DNA of 63,984 bases, counting the filler, from Octopus bimaculoides (Eukaryota): the NCBI RefSeq assembly GCF_001194135.2. It is 6 parts of 6 records of this genome, joined end to end, with 100 filler letters (N's around TTAATTAATTAA, not from the genome) between each part and the next. Parts side by side here need not be neighbours in the genome. Positions count along the whole stretch, not along the records: positions 10,094 to 26,279 come from NC_069000.1; 5 more parts are not named here. One strand, 5' to 3'. Made by a program: the position numbers and the translations under genes. The notes under the pieces were generated by a model that did not search any database, was not told the origin of the DNA, and saw nothing but the letters and a program-made list of their open reading frames with translations. Shown here in pieces: positions 11,063 through 24,297 of this stretch. Positions within the stretch are counted from its first letter, which is position 1; each line of letters opens with the position of its first letter.

Positions 11063-14000
11063 ATTTATGCAATTTTCAGTTTTAAAGCTGATTGTTAATG
11101 AACTGCAGCCGTCATTGTTACCTTTCACTGACCATCTCGTTGTAAAACGCTTAGTCTGAAATATGTTTTTCTCTGCCTCAAGCATGACAATCCACTACTC
11201 TAAGCTGATGGAATGAATCTGGTCCTCTTAACTTTATGTATGACTAGCCTTAAGATGAAATATCCCTCCTGACTACAATGAAATATGTAGACACTTTAGA
11301 AATTATAGTTAGCTGTAATATGTCGGTAAGTTTCAATAGGGATTCATTAATTCCTTCTTAAACATTTTGCTTACTTCCAAGTGTAATACGAATGCACTTG
11401 ATAACAGTATATGAGTATATGTGTTGCTTTAGCAAGGAAAAAAGAAAATTAAGCTGCGTGTGTAGTGTCCCTTGTGGTAATGTATGCATGTTTCTCTGTA
11501 GAAATGCATATATGTTTGTGTGTGTATTGTGTCAAATTGTGCATGAAATACACTCACACTCATTCCATCATACAAACACATGAATACACACACACACACA
11601 CACACATATGTACCACATATTTGTAATTGTCTTTCTCTGTGTCCCTATCTTTGACGTCAACAAAAATTCAACCAATCCTGAGTTGTAAGCAAACTCACAC
11701 GTACACAAAGAATAAGAAATATATGTGTGTATAAATTAATACAAATATAGCAAATAGTACTAAATGGAAACGATGGGAAACCAGAAAATATGCACTGTAG
11801 AGAGAATATGCCTTTATATGGCATTTCCTTATGGTAAGTACATGATGTGCATTATTTATGTAGTGCATATATAATTTCTTCACACATTTGTCTTCAATCT
11901 CCAACAGCTATGGTTTTGGTCACCTACAGAGATATTTATAAACCTGTAGGTATAAGATGGTTGCCCGAGAAGAAAGTGTCATTTTGTATGATGCATGGTT
12001 AACGTATATACATAAATGTTCCTTCTTTTCACTCAACAAGTGTATAAGATAAGGTTTATAATGTATATTTACACAACTATACCTTCAACTGGTGTATATG
12101 ATGGTGTATACATAATGATTCATATACATAATGGTTCATAAAGGGTATGTGATGTATAGTGAATGTGTATACATTAAAGATCATTCTTTTAAATCAATTG
12201 GTATTTAATATCCGGTGTGTGCCTCAAATTTTTCATGGGGATCCAATAACATTGAAGACACTTCGATCAGAACAGATTTTTTGAAGACTGTTTTTTGACT
12301 GTTTTTTTTTTACAGCATATCCTATAACATATCTCAAATGTTACTTGGACAGTAGATGAAATACTAATGTTTATCTGTTTCCGGTTAAGCTCTCAGTAGA
12401 ATGAATTTGCATATCATTTAAATATCTGGTTGATGGGATATAATTTCAGTCTATCCGGATACTTTCATATATTTTGACTCTTTGGTTGTTTAGTTTTATC
12501 ATCTCTTCTAGTTAGTGCATCTTCTTATGTCTCGTTTAAATTGATGTGAGTCCATCATCAGATAATTATACACTTGCATTCATTGTGTTAATTTCCTGTA
12601 TTATTGCAAAACCATTTCTCAACTTAGTGATTTTCATTGCGACTCTGAAGTTGATTACTAGGTGCTTGCTGGTTGTCTTTCGTCTGTTGACATTGTTTGT
12701 TGTAAGTACCAATTCCATTCTATAAGGTATAGATATGGCTAACATCTGTGGCATCATTATTTTACGTGTTCCTCGCGTTCTAGCCTTCTTTAACCCTTTT
12801 AAATCACCCACATGTTTCTGTATATTTCAGCATATTTGATTATTGGGTTTATTTTACCCATCGTTTATTACTACGTTCTCTTTCTCACTGAGTAGGTACT
12901 ACGTATCTGCATGCACTCATTGAGGTTTGAAGAATTATTAGACTACGTGATTAGACACGGCTCAGTCACAGAAAGGAGAGTTGTACCTATAACCCTTTCT
13001 AGAGACTCCAATATATGGTGGAAAGAAGGGAAGAAGTTAACCTTAGTTTTTAATCCCAGGGATTTGGTCCGAGTTGTTTCAAGAAACACTGCATAAACTG
13101 ATCCAAAGAGTAGTAAGTCGTGGTGAGAGCCGTGCTAAACAAAACGACAAAATGACTTCTATTCAAATTAAATATACCACTCAAAGTAAATGTATCTTTA
13201 TACGGTTAGAAAACATAACAAATGATATGCTATATTCACTTAATGTGATATTCTAAAGTCTTCCTCAATTGCATCGCAATTCAGTTGTTATCACCTGAGT
13301 GGTTGATCTCATTTGGTTGTCTAAATGTCCAGTAATTTAGGTAATAAACCATTAAAATGAGGTCATTATTATCGTGAAGCCAAATATGGGGTAGTGGCGA
13401 AAATGAAAGAGCTTCAGATCAAATACTACGCAGTATTTAGTGACGTTTCATTACGCACTCAGTTTAAATCCTACTGACAGAGTGAAAGGCCATGTTGAGT
13501 GGATAATTACCAGCAATATGATGGGAGTCAACAGGATCGATTATGCTCTGTTCGTCACAAACTCATAGATATTTGCCAATAAGAGTAATCATTATATAGA
13601 GAATAGTTCTAAACAAACTTTTTATTTAGTTTTTTTTTCTTTTCGAATCTTTACAGATAAAGACAAAAACATGACACCAGGAATTCGACCGTTCGATTAA
13701 GTTAGACAAACACAAAAATTGTTCCAGTCTCACATCTCAACAGCAATGCTCAATTTTATAATCTTATCACGAAAGCAGTTATTTATAGGGTTCGTAAATG
13801 ATCAATGTTTTTGGCAGGTAAGTGAAAAACATATTGCAATATGTTTATGTCAGAATAATTTGTGCTGTTAATGACACCAAGTCACACATTTTTGATAAGC
13901 TGATTTTTATACACAAAGAACAAGCTGTCCATTTTAGTGAACGGGTCAGTTTCATATGGCTTACATATACAGAGATAATTTTAACTGACTTTCTACGCTT

Positions 14001-14279
14001 TGTATGAAATAAGATATGCCAAATTTTTTTATGTACAAAATCGTGAAATTGTAACTTATTGGGTCCCCCATTAAGTTTTTCTGGCCTGAACAATGGCAAT
14101 AACGGTTGTCGTGTCTTATATAAATATGTATAAAATCATATATATGTATATATATACTTACACGCATACAAACACGCATAAATATATATATATATATACA
14201 TACATATATATATAAAACAAACAAAACTACAAGTGAATGAAACACCGTTCAGTGATATACCAACTATGTTGGTGATAGG

Positions 14280-15320
14280 CGTTGTCAATATAAACTATGA
14301 AACTTCCCTATTTAGAGCTGTACCCACTTAAAGATGTAGTTGTTAAATATCTTTTTTGTACACACTGCGCCATATTAACGTCGTGATCTGCAACTGTTAG
14401 GTTTTATATCAAATTGTACATTTGGCGGAAGTGATGGATATTTAACAGTGGATATGAGCATTTAATAGAAGGTCGGACACATTATACATCGATATCTATA
14501 ATATAATCATGCATTGTAGATTAGAGTTCAAATGTAACTATTTCAAGTGTATTATCCATTTGCATTCATGATATAATGTACGTGTGTGTATACTTTACGT
14601 TAGTCAATGGACTTATTTCATCTGTGCCTATGCCATAGCGCCAGTATTGAAGGTCATTAAATAATAGTTGATGTCATTCGAGAGCGATGGAGGTTATTTA
14701 TATGTGGAAGCTGTTTGACAATGGCAATATACATTTACATTTGATAGTGGAGTACTTTTGATAGTAGTAGAGAGTATTCAGAGAAATAATGAACATATAA
14801 CAGAAATGAAGAAGGTGATGCACTTTTGACAATAGTGAAGGACATTTAAATATTAAAATTTTAACCTTAAATATTTAAGTATCCTTCACATTTGATTACT
14901 GGAGCAGAAACCTTAGTGTTGGAAGGTTCAAGTCAATAATGGAGAACTTTAAGGTGTAATGAAAGATACTTGACAGATAGGATATTTGACGGAAATAGCG
15001 GACATTTAGGTCGTCTGTTACTATTGTTTACAAAATTGATCAAAAGAAGGGTTTTGAGTAAATTTGACAAGAGTGTTAGACTTTTAACCGATGCAGTGGA
15101 CATTTAAAAGCAATGGTGAACATTTCACGGAGGGAGTGGTAATTTGGCAGTGACGGTAAACATTTGGCCGAGGTGATGGATATTTAGTAGTCATTATGAG
15201 CATTTGACACAAGGTCAGACATTTGTCAAAGTTCTTATTTGATAAACACGGTGGACATGCGATTGTGGTGGTATACAGTGAAGGACACTATTCAACTAAA
15301 GCAATGGACATATGAAAGCG
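14280..15320. repeat. Highly degenerate ~20-nt tandem array (GGACATTTGAC-like core)
   Basis: RCATTT recurs at ~19-21 nt spacing. 14419-14480 aligns with 15160-15221. Confidence 0.55.
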
Positions 15321-15694
15321 GTTTTTAATCTCTTTTACGTATCGAATAAAATTATAATTTCATGAAAGAATATACACGTTTTTGTTTGTTATTTTCTTCA
15401 GTATTTAGTGCATAGCCAGAGTTGTATAGTATGAGCTAAGCTTGCTTCTGACTGGGTTCACGATCTGGTTTCAATAATTGGTTCCTAGCAGTTTTCTTTG
15501 TATATATCGCTTATATCATTGCAAAACACATAAACACCAAACTGCATTTCACCTCACAGCTATATCTCCAGCTTGAGAATCTGGCTGTAGTCAAAAGAGG
15601 AGGACAAATGAGCTTCCCTTAACTGATTCAAAATTTTGGAACATTTGCATTATATAAGAGTGGGAGTATATGTTCAAGTATAAATGCACACACA

Positions 15695-16090
15695 TATATT
15701 CTTCTATTCTTTTACTTGTTTCAGCCATTTTACTGCGGCCATGCTCACCACCTTAAAGGTTTTTAGTCAAACAAATCGACCCTAGGACATAGTTTGTTAA
15801 AGCCTAGTACTTATTCGATCGGTGTCTTTTGCCGAACTGCTAAGTTACGGTGATGGAAACACACCAGCACCGGTTGTCAAACGGCGATGCAGGAGGAACA
15901 AACACAGACACAAAAACACACACATATAGATATATATACGATAGGATTCTTTCAGTTTCCCTCTACCAAATCCACTCACAAGGCATTGGTCGGCCCGTGG
16001 CTATAGTAGGAGATATCCAATGTGCCATGCAGTGGGACTGAACCCGGAACCATGTGGTTAGGAAGCAAGCTTCTTACCACACAGCTACAT
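15695..16090 (-). mobile_element. tRNA-derived SINE, family 1, near full length
   Basis: RC: GTAGCTGTGTGGTAAGAAGC..GGTTCAGTCCCACTGC head, CA/TA linker, body, and tail GGCCGCAGT...GAAACAAGTAAAAGAATAGAAGAA. Confidence 0.9.
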
Positions 16091-16370
16091 CCACGCCTAT
16101 GTGTGTGTGCATGTGTGTATGTGTGCGTGCGTGTGTGTGTATGTGCGCGTGTGTGTATTTGTGTGTTTATGCATGTATCTATGTGTCTGTGTCTTGTCCT
16201 GTTACTATGGAAAATATCTACAGAAGCAAGCAGAATGGAGAACAATGCAAAGGTGAAAAGAAGAAGAGGTAATCACTGGAAAATGATCGAACTTACAGTA
16301 ACTGATTAGATGGTCAGGTGTGGCAGGTATCACGCCCGGTTCAGTAGCAAACAGTAATGAACACTTTGTC

Positions 16371-16500
16371 TTAACCCTTTGAGCCTTGACCCCCCTGAAC
16401 TTTATTTGACCATATACCTGTCTTCCTGATGCGCTCCACCGGTACAGCGGTGCTACGGTATAGAGAAAAATAAACCGGTGTTACGGGCTCAAAGTGTTAA
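16371..16500. mobile_element. piggyBac-like MITE (122 bp between TTAA sites)
   Basis: TTAA-CCCTTTGAGCCT ... GGGCTCAAAGTG-TTAA: 12-bp TIR with 10/12 match and TTAA on both sides. Confidence 0.6.
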
Positions 16501-16779
16501 TCCACGAGTTGTTACAGAGGAAGCCAGCCTGATGATGGTCATTGTCCGCTGTTTTGGACTTGTGGATTCTTCGGGTTGTCGTTTCTTTCATCAACCTTTT
16601 TGAAGAGAGCATAGTATGCTTTGTAGGGAAGTTTTGCTGTAATTTCTTGTAGGGCGAGCGTAGGGGAGGCTTGGTATTTGCTAAGTGTACGTAATTAATT
16701 AGTGTTTAATAGGTTTAATCAGATAAGCCCTGTTCCCTCAAGCTTGTGGAAAATGGCATTTCAGACCATATGGTCCCAA

Positions 16780-17400
16780 GAGACACAGAGTATCTAAAAC
16801 TACATTATCCAATATATCATTCTCATTTTTTTGAGGCAGTAGATGATTTGAGAAATATATAGTGCTATTCCTTGTTGATTCAGAGAACACATAAAGGTAC
16901 CCTTCTTTATTTGACATGGCGGGTAGGAGCTGAAGTCACAACTAAGTGAAGCGGGGTTATGAAAGTTAAGTATTTTCGCTGTGGACACACACAAACATAC
17001 AATCACATACGAATACATTTCGTCGGTTTGGGCGTATAAATGTCGAAAAGTTCGGTAGAGACATTTTTCTTCTTATCTTCATGTCACTTGAGAGACGCTA
17101 ATGCCACGAAAGATTTGCTCCCTGGATCACAATTTGAGCATGTGGGAGTGTTGTCAAGCAACTTGGCTTGTTCATTTTTCTCCATTATGATTATTTTATC
17201 GCCATTGGATCTGTGTACAATAGAGATGGCAGAGTACTGAGACAGGGCTCATTAGATTACCGATGATGGTTTGCTTATGGTGTACATGTACAAAACCAGC
17301 CGCAATATCGGAAGGAATCCATTGCAGAAAAGTTGGAGCTTTGTGTACTGCTGCGAACGGCGTTTCTCTGGTTTTATTTCGGAATAATCTGCTAGAAACG
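16780..17400 (-). mobile_element. Probable Penelope-like element RT N-terminal relic
   Basis: Minus strand SIVHRSNGDKIIIMEKNEQAKLLDNTPTCSNCDP resembles the PLE IVI.ADKG..VVIMD....KLL.D..TY..L..DP block. A later STRNSTIYFSNHL..KNENDIL resembles IKNS.DF...DEIL. Heavily decayed. Confidence 0.4.
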
Positions 17401-18519
17401 TGCTTTGACGAGACATTTAAAGAGGTTAAGCGGTCATAATGGCCATACGACATGACTGTGACCAACCCAGTAATTCTAAACTACCAAACTATTGCTGGAT
17501 AGTCGCTGGCCCTTTGATAAATATCGTTTTTTTCCTTTTCGGTAATCCTCCAGTCACTTTATCCGGTTCACCCGGTGAGGGTGACAGAACAATCATGTAA
17601 CAGGTTGTACTGGTTGACATGTTACAGCAGCGCTCTCGACACCACCCCCTAACACGCACGCATGCACAAACACACGCACGCATGCACAAACTCACGCACG
17701 CATGCACAAACACACGCACGTATGCACAAACACACGCACACACATATATACATAAGTTAATTGAGAGTCTATTAGAGCAGAATGCTACAAATGTGCACTT
17801 TATTTCGCTTTTAACAGAACTTATCGTAGCATTAATGTAGCATTGAAAGTTGTCCTTTTATAATTATATTGTGAAGAACAAGTAGCGAGACAAAGTAGAG
17901 GGCTGGTAGCAGAGGGGGTGAAGATGTTATATATCATTGTCTTAATGTAGTGAATGTAAATAATTTAAAGGAAACGAGAATTCCATTGAGAGATTGTTGT
18001 AAAGGGCAATGAATAATAATTTCAGTCTGGTCCTATATAAAAGGTGGTTGATTGTGCAATGAAGAAATTTTTTATAAAAAATTGCTATGTGATTAAGTTA
18101 TAGAATTCCAGAAAGGCCAAAATTCTATAGACAAGAATATTTCCAAAAGTCTTCTTCAGTAGTTCGAGTCTGTTGCCATTCCTGTTGTCGATTTTTATTT
18201 GATTGTTCAGCTGGCGCTTGTACACTGTGGCTGATAATATTATTAAAACATAAACATATACACTTACGACAAAAGATTTCACATTTTGTAATATTCTCTA
18301 CAGCTTAGTGATCCGAGCATTGAGATGGACGCGCATCGTAGAACATTATCAGCTGCGTGGTTTAGCGTTAATATTTAAAAAACGAAAATGGATTATGAAA
18401 AGTAGGGGCAAAAAAATAATTTTATCTTCAGATATTATTTTCTTGTAATGTATCGTAAAATGTTTAGGTAAAAGAAATGAAGATACCACAATGTGCAAGC
18501 GCTTTATGGTATATGCTTT

Positions 18520-20260
18520 TTATCTTGCATTAAATCTAAAAGTTGCATAATATAGATTGGTCTTTAGCAACTGAACTTCTTCAGCCAAAGGAGCTGTTTT
18601 CGAATGATGAGCATATTTCCAGGCCAGATCAGGATTAATTTCTACATTTGTTGTACTTCTTGAGAAAATGCTCCTTCATTTGGTGTGCAGTCAGTAGTAA
18701 TTGCATAAATCTTACGCTATGTATCATTATATCGCTCAGATTGACCGTTTTCGTGAGGAATGTGCAATTTATTCCCAATTGTTTTTTTCTTTTAATTAAC
18801 ATTATATTTTAAAGACAAAATCTAAGATCTTCAGTCACTATGTATACAGCTGGATTGTTAGTAAAAAGAAATGATTGATTCGATCATCTAATTACTGGAG
18901 CATCATTGATATCTGAACATAGATACATAAATACATACCTTGAGTAATTATCGACAATAACCATTTGAAAACGACTCCTTTCGTTAGCCTCATAAATTTC
19001 ATACACTGTTTCACGTATTAACTTTGTTCGGCAAAGCACGTTGATTGCTATAAGCACATTCTTTATAAAAGGCACACACTTTAGTTGCTTTATCTATGTT
19101 GAAAAGTACACTTTTGAATTTCACCGAATGATAAACCCGATGGAATTATCATTATATTCACGAAGTTGTTCATGAAATTACAGGGAAGAAAAATATTAAG
19201 AAACAAAACAAATTCTGGAAAAAGTATCAACAACATTCTTTATTTTGCAGAATAATACAATACATAAAAATAAATGATGACATTTTTTATTGCCAGAAGT
19301 TTATTCAGACAATCTCGATCGTTAGCGTACCAATTAATTACTTTTATTCCTTGAAGAACGCTTGTTGAAAATTAAAATAAAGTAGTTTGGTCTGATCATT
19401 TGTTTTGCAATTAACTAATGTCTCTACTTTCTGTCACTTTCAGTAATTGTTAGAACTTCCAATTCAATGCAAAAGTGTTTCAAGTTTAGTTCGTGGAAAG
19501 TAAGCTATAGGATGCTTCTTTTACAGCAATATAACAGAATGGGCATCACCAGAGGTATCTGTTTTCAAGTATAAATATTTCATATTCCTTACCAATTCTG
19601 TGTGTAGTCTTAAGGACACAGGATTTGAGACTATTCACTTTTTTTCTGATTTTGTAAAAAAGGTAATGGTAAACTGGTAAGCGTAACTTTACTTTATCTC
19701 AATAAAGTGGAATCCACCAATAATAATATATGCATTTTCTCATCAACATTTGAAATAACTTTCTTTATTAGGTAAAAGATAGTTCCTTAGTATTTCTAAC
19801 CATTTGTAGATGGCTTTAGAGTTCCATAAGAAATGTTGTACCCTAGAAAGTAAATAGTTGTCATGTTCTATTCACACTCATCACACATTAAAGTAAGTTG
19901 GTAGTCTTTGATAGCTTTGTTAAACCTATTTAAACTTTGCTTATGTTCTTCCACACTTGTTCCACGTACAACAGCTTCATTTGTGTAAACAACAGTCACA
20001 TTTAAATGATTAACAGTAATTATGTTATAAACTACTCTTTGCAAAGCAGCTACGGCATTCTACACATATAGTTTTCCATTACTTTCAAGCATTGTAAATA
20101 GATGATCATCAAAGTACAATGGTACTTGATATTCTCCAATGTTTTTTTTTTTAATCTTTTTGTCGATGCCTGTCCGAATAAATAACCTGAATATTGAGCA
20201 GCTTCCTTCTTCACAATTACGAAAATGTAAATATTCTGCTAACCGTAAGCGGATATTGGT
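18520..20260 (-). mobile_element. Ty3/Gypsy LTR retrotransposon pol relic (RT-RNaseH-integrase)
   Basis: Minus strand in order: YQVPLYFDDHLFTMLESNGKLY; NAVAALQRVV..VVYTNEAVVRGTSVEEHKQSL..YFLGYNIS..TLKP (RT); LKTDTSGDA..HPIAYFPRT (RNaseH); VIVDNYSRYVFMYLCSD and PHENGQSERYN (integrase). Domain order is Gypsy-type. No LTRs found. Confidence 0.85.
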
Positions 20261-20404
20261 GCACCATAGATGATATTGTATTCTGAAAACATCAATATGG
20301 ATGAACAAACAAAACTGCAGATTACACTGTGTAACATGATTTTTGTCCTTGGGTAGCAACTGTTATTTCCTATTTGCTTAGTCCTAGAAAATATGAAAAA
20401 TGGA

Positions 20405-20620
20405 TAATATTTCCTTCAAACTTTGCTTTTGTAACATTTGTTCAAACCCCAAAGAACCCCAAGCAGCATATGGCTATGATATTCTCCAACTGCTCCTGCA
20501 CATGATTAGAGAAGCACATATTGTTAGCCACCAAGGGACGTGCACAAGTGGTTAATATCAGGCAGCTGACAAGCAAATCTGTGGTACTGAGCAGAATATT
20601 TGCTATAACGATATTTCTGC
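20405..20620 (-). mobile_element. SINE-like interspersed repeat (old copy)
   Basis: TCAAACTTTGCTTTTGTAACATTTGTTCAAACCCCAAAGAA...AAGCAAATCTGTGGTACTGAGCAGAATATTTGCT is recalled as a common octopus repeat; single copy in this window. Confidence 0.4.
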
Positions 20621-21199
20621 TTCAGCAACTCAGTGCCGAATCTGTCTGAAATGCAATGGAAAATAAGTCAGTTTCAAAACATTGATGTCCAGGTCACAAA
20701 AGCAAAGTTTGAAAGGAATAGTAATCATTTCCTTTGATTTGTAGGTAAAAGCAAATAGGAAATAACACTTACTGACCGAAGACAAAAGATTTCTTTTACA
20801 ACCTGAATAGTTCTAGTAGGACGATGAGGGCTGTTCGTTTTGCATGTATATCAAATACTTTTTTTTTGTTCTGTTCTGGCTGTTTAGCACCAGATCAACC
20901 TAGATTGCAAAAAACTTTCAATAAAATCTTTTCAAATCATGAACAAATCAACTGTTCGGATAGGATACTCCTAGTGCTACATTAGTCTGTGTTCTTACTT
21001 GGTCGTGTGGCTTGGTTCGAGATAGGCTACTCTGCTATTTCTAGGAAGTCAAGTAACCTCATATAAACACCTTTGTAGGTTCCATAAACTACACATAATA
21101 AGAGCAAGTGAAGAGTCATGGTTCTACCGGGTATTGAACCTTCGCTGTAGGTTCTATTCTCAGCTCGTTTACGAGATCCAAAATTACGACAACCGTTTC

Positions 21200-21750
21200 T
21201 TCCTGCCTCATACTAGTTACATCTTCCAACCTTACATCCTCCTATCTTATCACTATCACATTTACTTATCATACGACAGCTGCATCCTTCCATTTCACAT
21301 CAGTCGCAACTTCCCACTAGTAGCACTCACATCCTATCACTTTACGACAATCATATCTTGCCTCCTTATGACTGTCGCATTTTTTCACTTTATGAATCAG
21401 ATATACCTCCCTTTCCATAATCAGAAGCTCCGACCTTACAACAACGTCATCTTCTCACCTTACCAACTCACACCTTATCTCACATTCTACTAACTAAGGC
21501 AGTCACATATTCTCGCCTTACATCGGTCAGTATATTTACGACGCTTACATTTTTTCACATTACATCAGTCACGTCCTTTAACTTTACAATAAACACAGCC
21601 ATGCACCAAACGCCAATCACGTTTCCACCATACGAAAATCAAATTCTTTCAATTTACGCACAGTGACATCTTTCCATCTTATGACACACATTCTCTCACA
21701 TTATATCAGTCATTTCCTCTCACATTATGACAGTCATATACCTTCATCTT
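21200..21750. repeat. Degenerate ~24-nt tandem array (TCACATTATGACAGTCATATCTTC-like)
   Basis: TCACATT at 21696 and 21720, with similar units back to ~21200. C/T-skewed strand. Confidence 0.6.
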
Positions 21751-22089
21751 AAGGTAGGTACATATTTTCCATTTTACAGCAATAATATGTTGCAAATAAG
21801 AATATGACTGAATATTTTTAGGGGAAGCGGAAGAAAGATAGGAGGAAACACTCACAAAAAGAGAAATTGAGAGAGAAAGACGAATGAAAAACAGAGAAAG
21901 ATATAGGCGTGAGAGGATATTGTATAAAAATAGTGCTTCTAAAGCAGAATCAAGGATGAACTGCAACGTGTTAAACTGCCCATTAAAGAACACACACACG
22001 TAAATACGTATTTGTAGGGAGATAAAAGTGGGAGATGACAAAGAGAGATAGAATGATTGTTCGTGTATATGTGTGATATGACAAGTATA

Positions 22090-22146
<57 letters not shown>

Positions 22147-23739
22147 GAGAGAGAGAGATGGATGGATAGCTTGACAGAGACAGAGTTAGGAGTGAGTGTG
22201 AGAGAAAAAAAAGAGTTATATAGTAAATAACATGAGCCAACAGCAGTAAATTTCGACGAGATAAAAAAAAAGAAAAAAGAAACATGCGATAGTTACCATG
22301 CTGGAAAGAATCACCAAATTACATTACTCAATACTTATTCATACTATCGATATATTACAGATATTACAATAAGTGGCGAAAAAGTCTTCAAAATAAATCT
22401 TCTGTGAAATATTATGTGACGGATTAATTTTCTCCATTTCTCGTTTACTCCGGAAGTTTATCATCAATTTTAGCGGCAAAGTTACAAGACCAGTTTCACC
22501 ACCGAAAGAAGATTGATGGCACAATTAGCGTCGTATCTGACTTGTTGTGTCATTTTTCTAGCCATTTAAGTAGGAGATAGTTAATGTGAAATATTGGAAA
22601 ACACAATCTTCAATACAACCGTTGAAATTTCTTTTGCATTTGTTCTTTTCTATGTGATCGGTCACACATATATTATAAAGAGGTAAATGATGTAAAACAT
22701 GAAAGGTAGGGTGTAGGACATCAGCCCTGAATACATTACATATTTCCGATGTGAGATCACATATTTCGATCTGTGTTAATTCAGGATGAATGAAGGACAT
22801 GTTTACATTCTATTCCTTGGTCCTGACAGATGTATAGTTAGATTAAAAGTTAGAAAGATTTTGGATATTTTCTATACGCTCAGTCTATTCCTAAGCACTA
22901 CATTCAGTGCTAATTTTTTTTCTGCCTATCTACGCCTTGATTTCATTCAAATGAGGATATCTTAACATTGGCACATGGTTAAACATTGTAAAGGATGGTT
23001 ATAGCAGATTAAATGGATACCAATGCATCCTTAATGTATGAAAACCAAAGCAAACATTTTAAAAAAGAGAAAAAAATAGTTCGCCGCTAGAATCTGAACT
23101 TTAAAAAATTAGATGGACGAAACTAAATACTGAAGAAGCGTGTAATCTAATGCTTTGTTGATTTCACCGCTCAAATGACTATAAGTTTCGCTCTCTTATA
23201 ATGTCTTAGATTAAGGAACAAAATCAAGACGTATACTGAGGAGAGGAGAATTGCTTGAATGTACGCTGAGACGTATTTTACTACCATAGTGGAATGAAAA
23301 ATAAAGTCGACCCTGACAGTATTTGAACCCAAAATGTAAAGTAACGAGACTATATGCCGACAGACCAATTCTCTACCCTCACCTTTTCCTTAATTCTATT
23401 TGGAATACTTGCAAATGGACTGATCACCGAAATTTCCTATACAGAAGAATCTTTACTCGATCGAATCATTCTCGGTATCTTATATATATTGACTTTCTAT
23501 CGGATGGAATGAGGACATTTGTGATCGGAAAAACAACTTCCATAACGCTTGAATATTATACTGGATTTAGGCCGGTTCTCTATTGTCAGGTGAAAGCGAA
23601 TGTCGCTCGTCAAGTCGATAACGTTACAGACAACCAAATGGCACCGATGGTTCTTATCTTTCAAAGAATAAAGCGTCTGAGGTCAAAGCATTTAATTCCA
23701 AGTAGGCTGCATAGCATGTTATGCTACTAATGCAAAGTG

Positions 23740-24050
23740 TAGTCTAACAGTATTTTATAGTGTGGCGTACTACTATACCACAAGGTATACCACTATACTA
23801 ATCGTATAACATTGCGTAGTATAGTAGTACACCTTAGTGTAATATAATAGTATACCAAAGTATGAGTTAGTAGTATGCTGAAGTGTGTCACAGTAGTATA
23901 CCATTGTGTGGTACAGTATGTACTCTATTGTAGCATAATAGTATGCCATAGAGTGTAATAGCAATGCATCATTAGCTTTGTACAGTAATGTACCAATAAT
24001 CTGTTATCGTGGTACAGAACAGTGTGCTGTAAGTATAAATATAATAGTGC
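23740..24050. repeat. Degenerate ~23-nt tandem array (TAGTATACC core)
   Basis: TAGTAYRCY at about 23825, 23848, 23871, 23893 and 23939. Confidence 0.65.
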
Positions 24051-24297
24051 ATTTACTGTATGTCACAGTGTGGAATAGTTCCACATTGCAAGTGGCAGTG
24101 GCAGTACTTCAAAATTGACGAGTGTTTTGTTGGCTTATATGCGATAGATAGACAATCTATCCATAAGAATTTTTTGTCTACTGTTAAAATGCTGGAATTA
24201 AACACCGACGTATTGAATTATGAAATCGCATTAAATAACCATATTACTCCATCGAAGTTTTAATAATAATAATAATAATAATAACACTAATAATAAA

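Noticed and set aside
12566-13100. Short ORFs at 12566-12811 (-) and 12911-13096 (+)
   Set aside because: No motif I can name; the other frames are full of stops.
16525-16555. CTGATGATGGTCATTGTCCG near the PLE relic
   Set aside because: The GAAA half is missing, so it cannot be called a hammerhead.
18085-18400. Splice-like signals on both strands next to the Gypsy relic
   Set aside because: Candidate frames hit stops quickly, the signals conflict between strands, and the region may be the element's 3' part.
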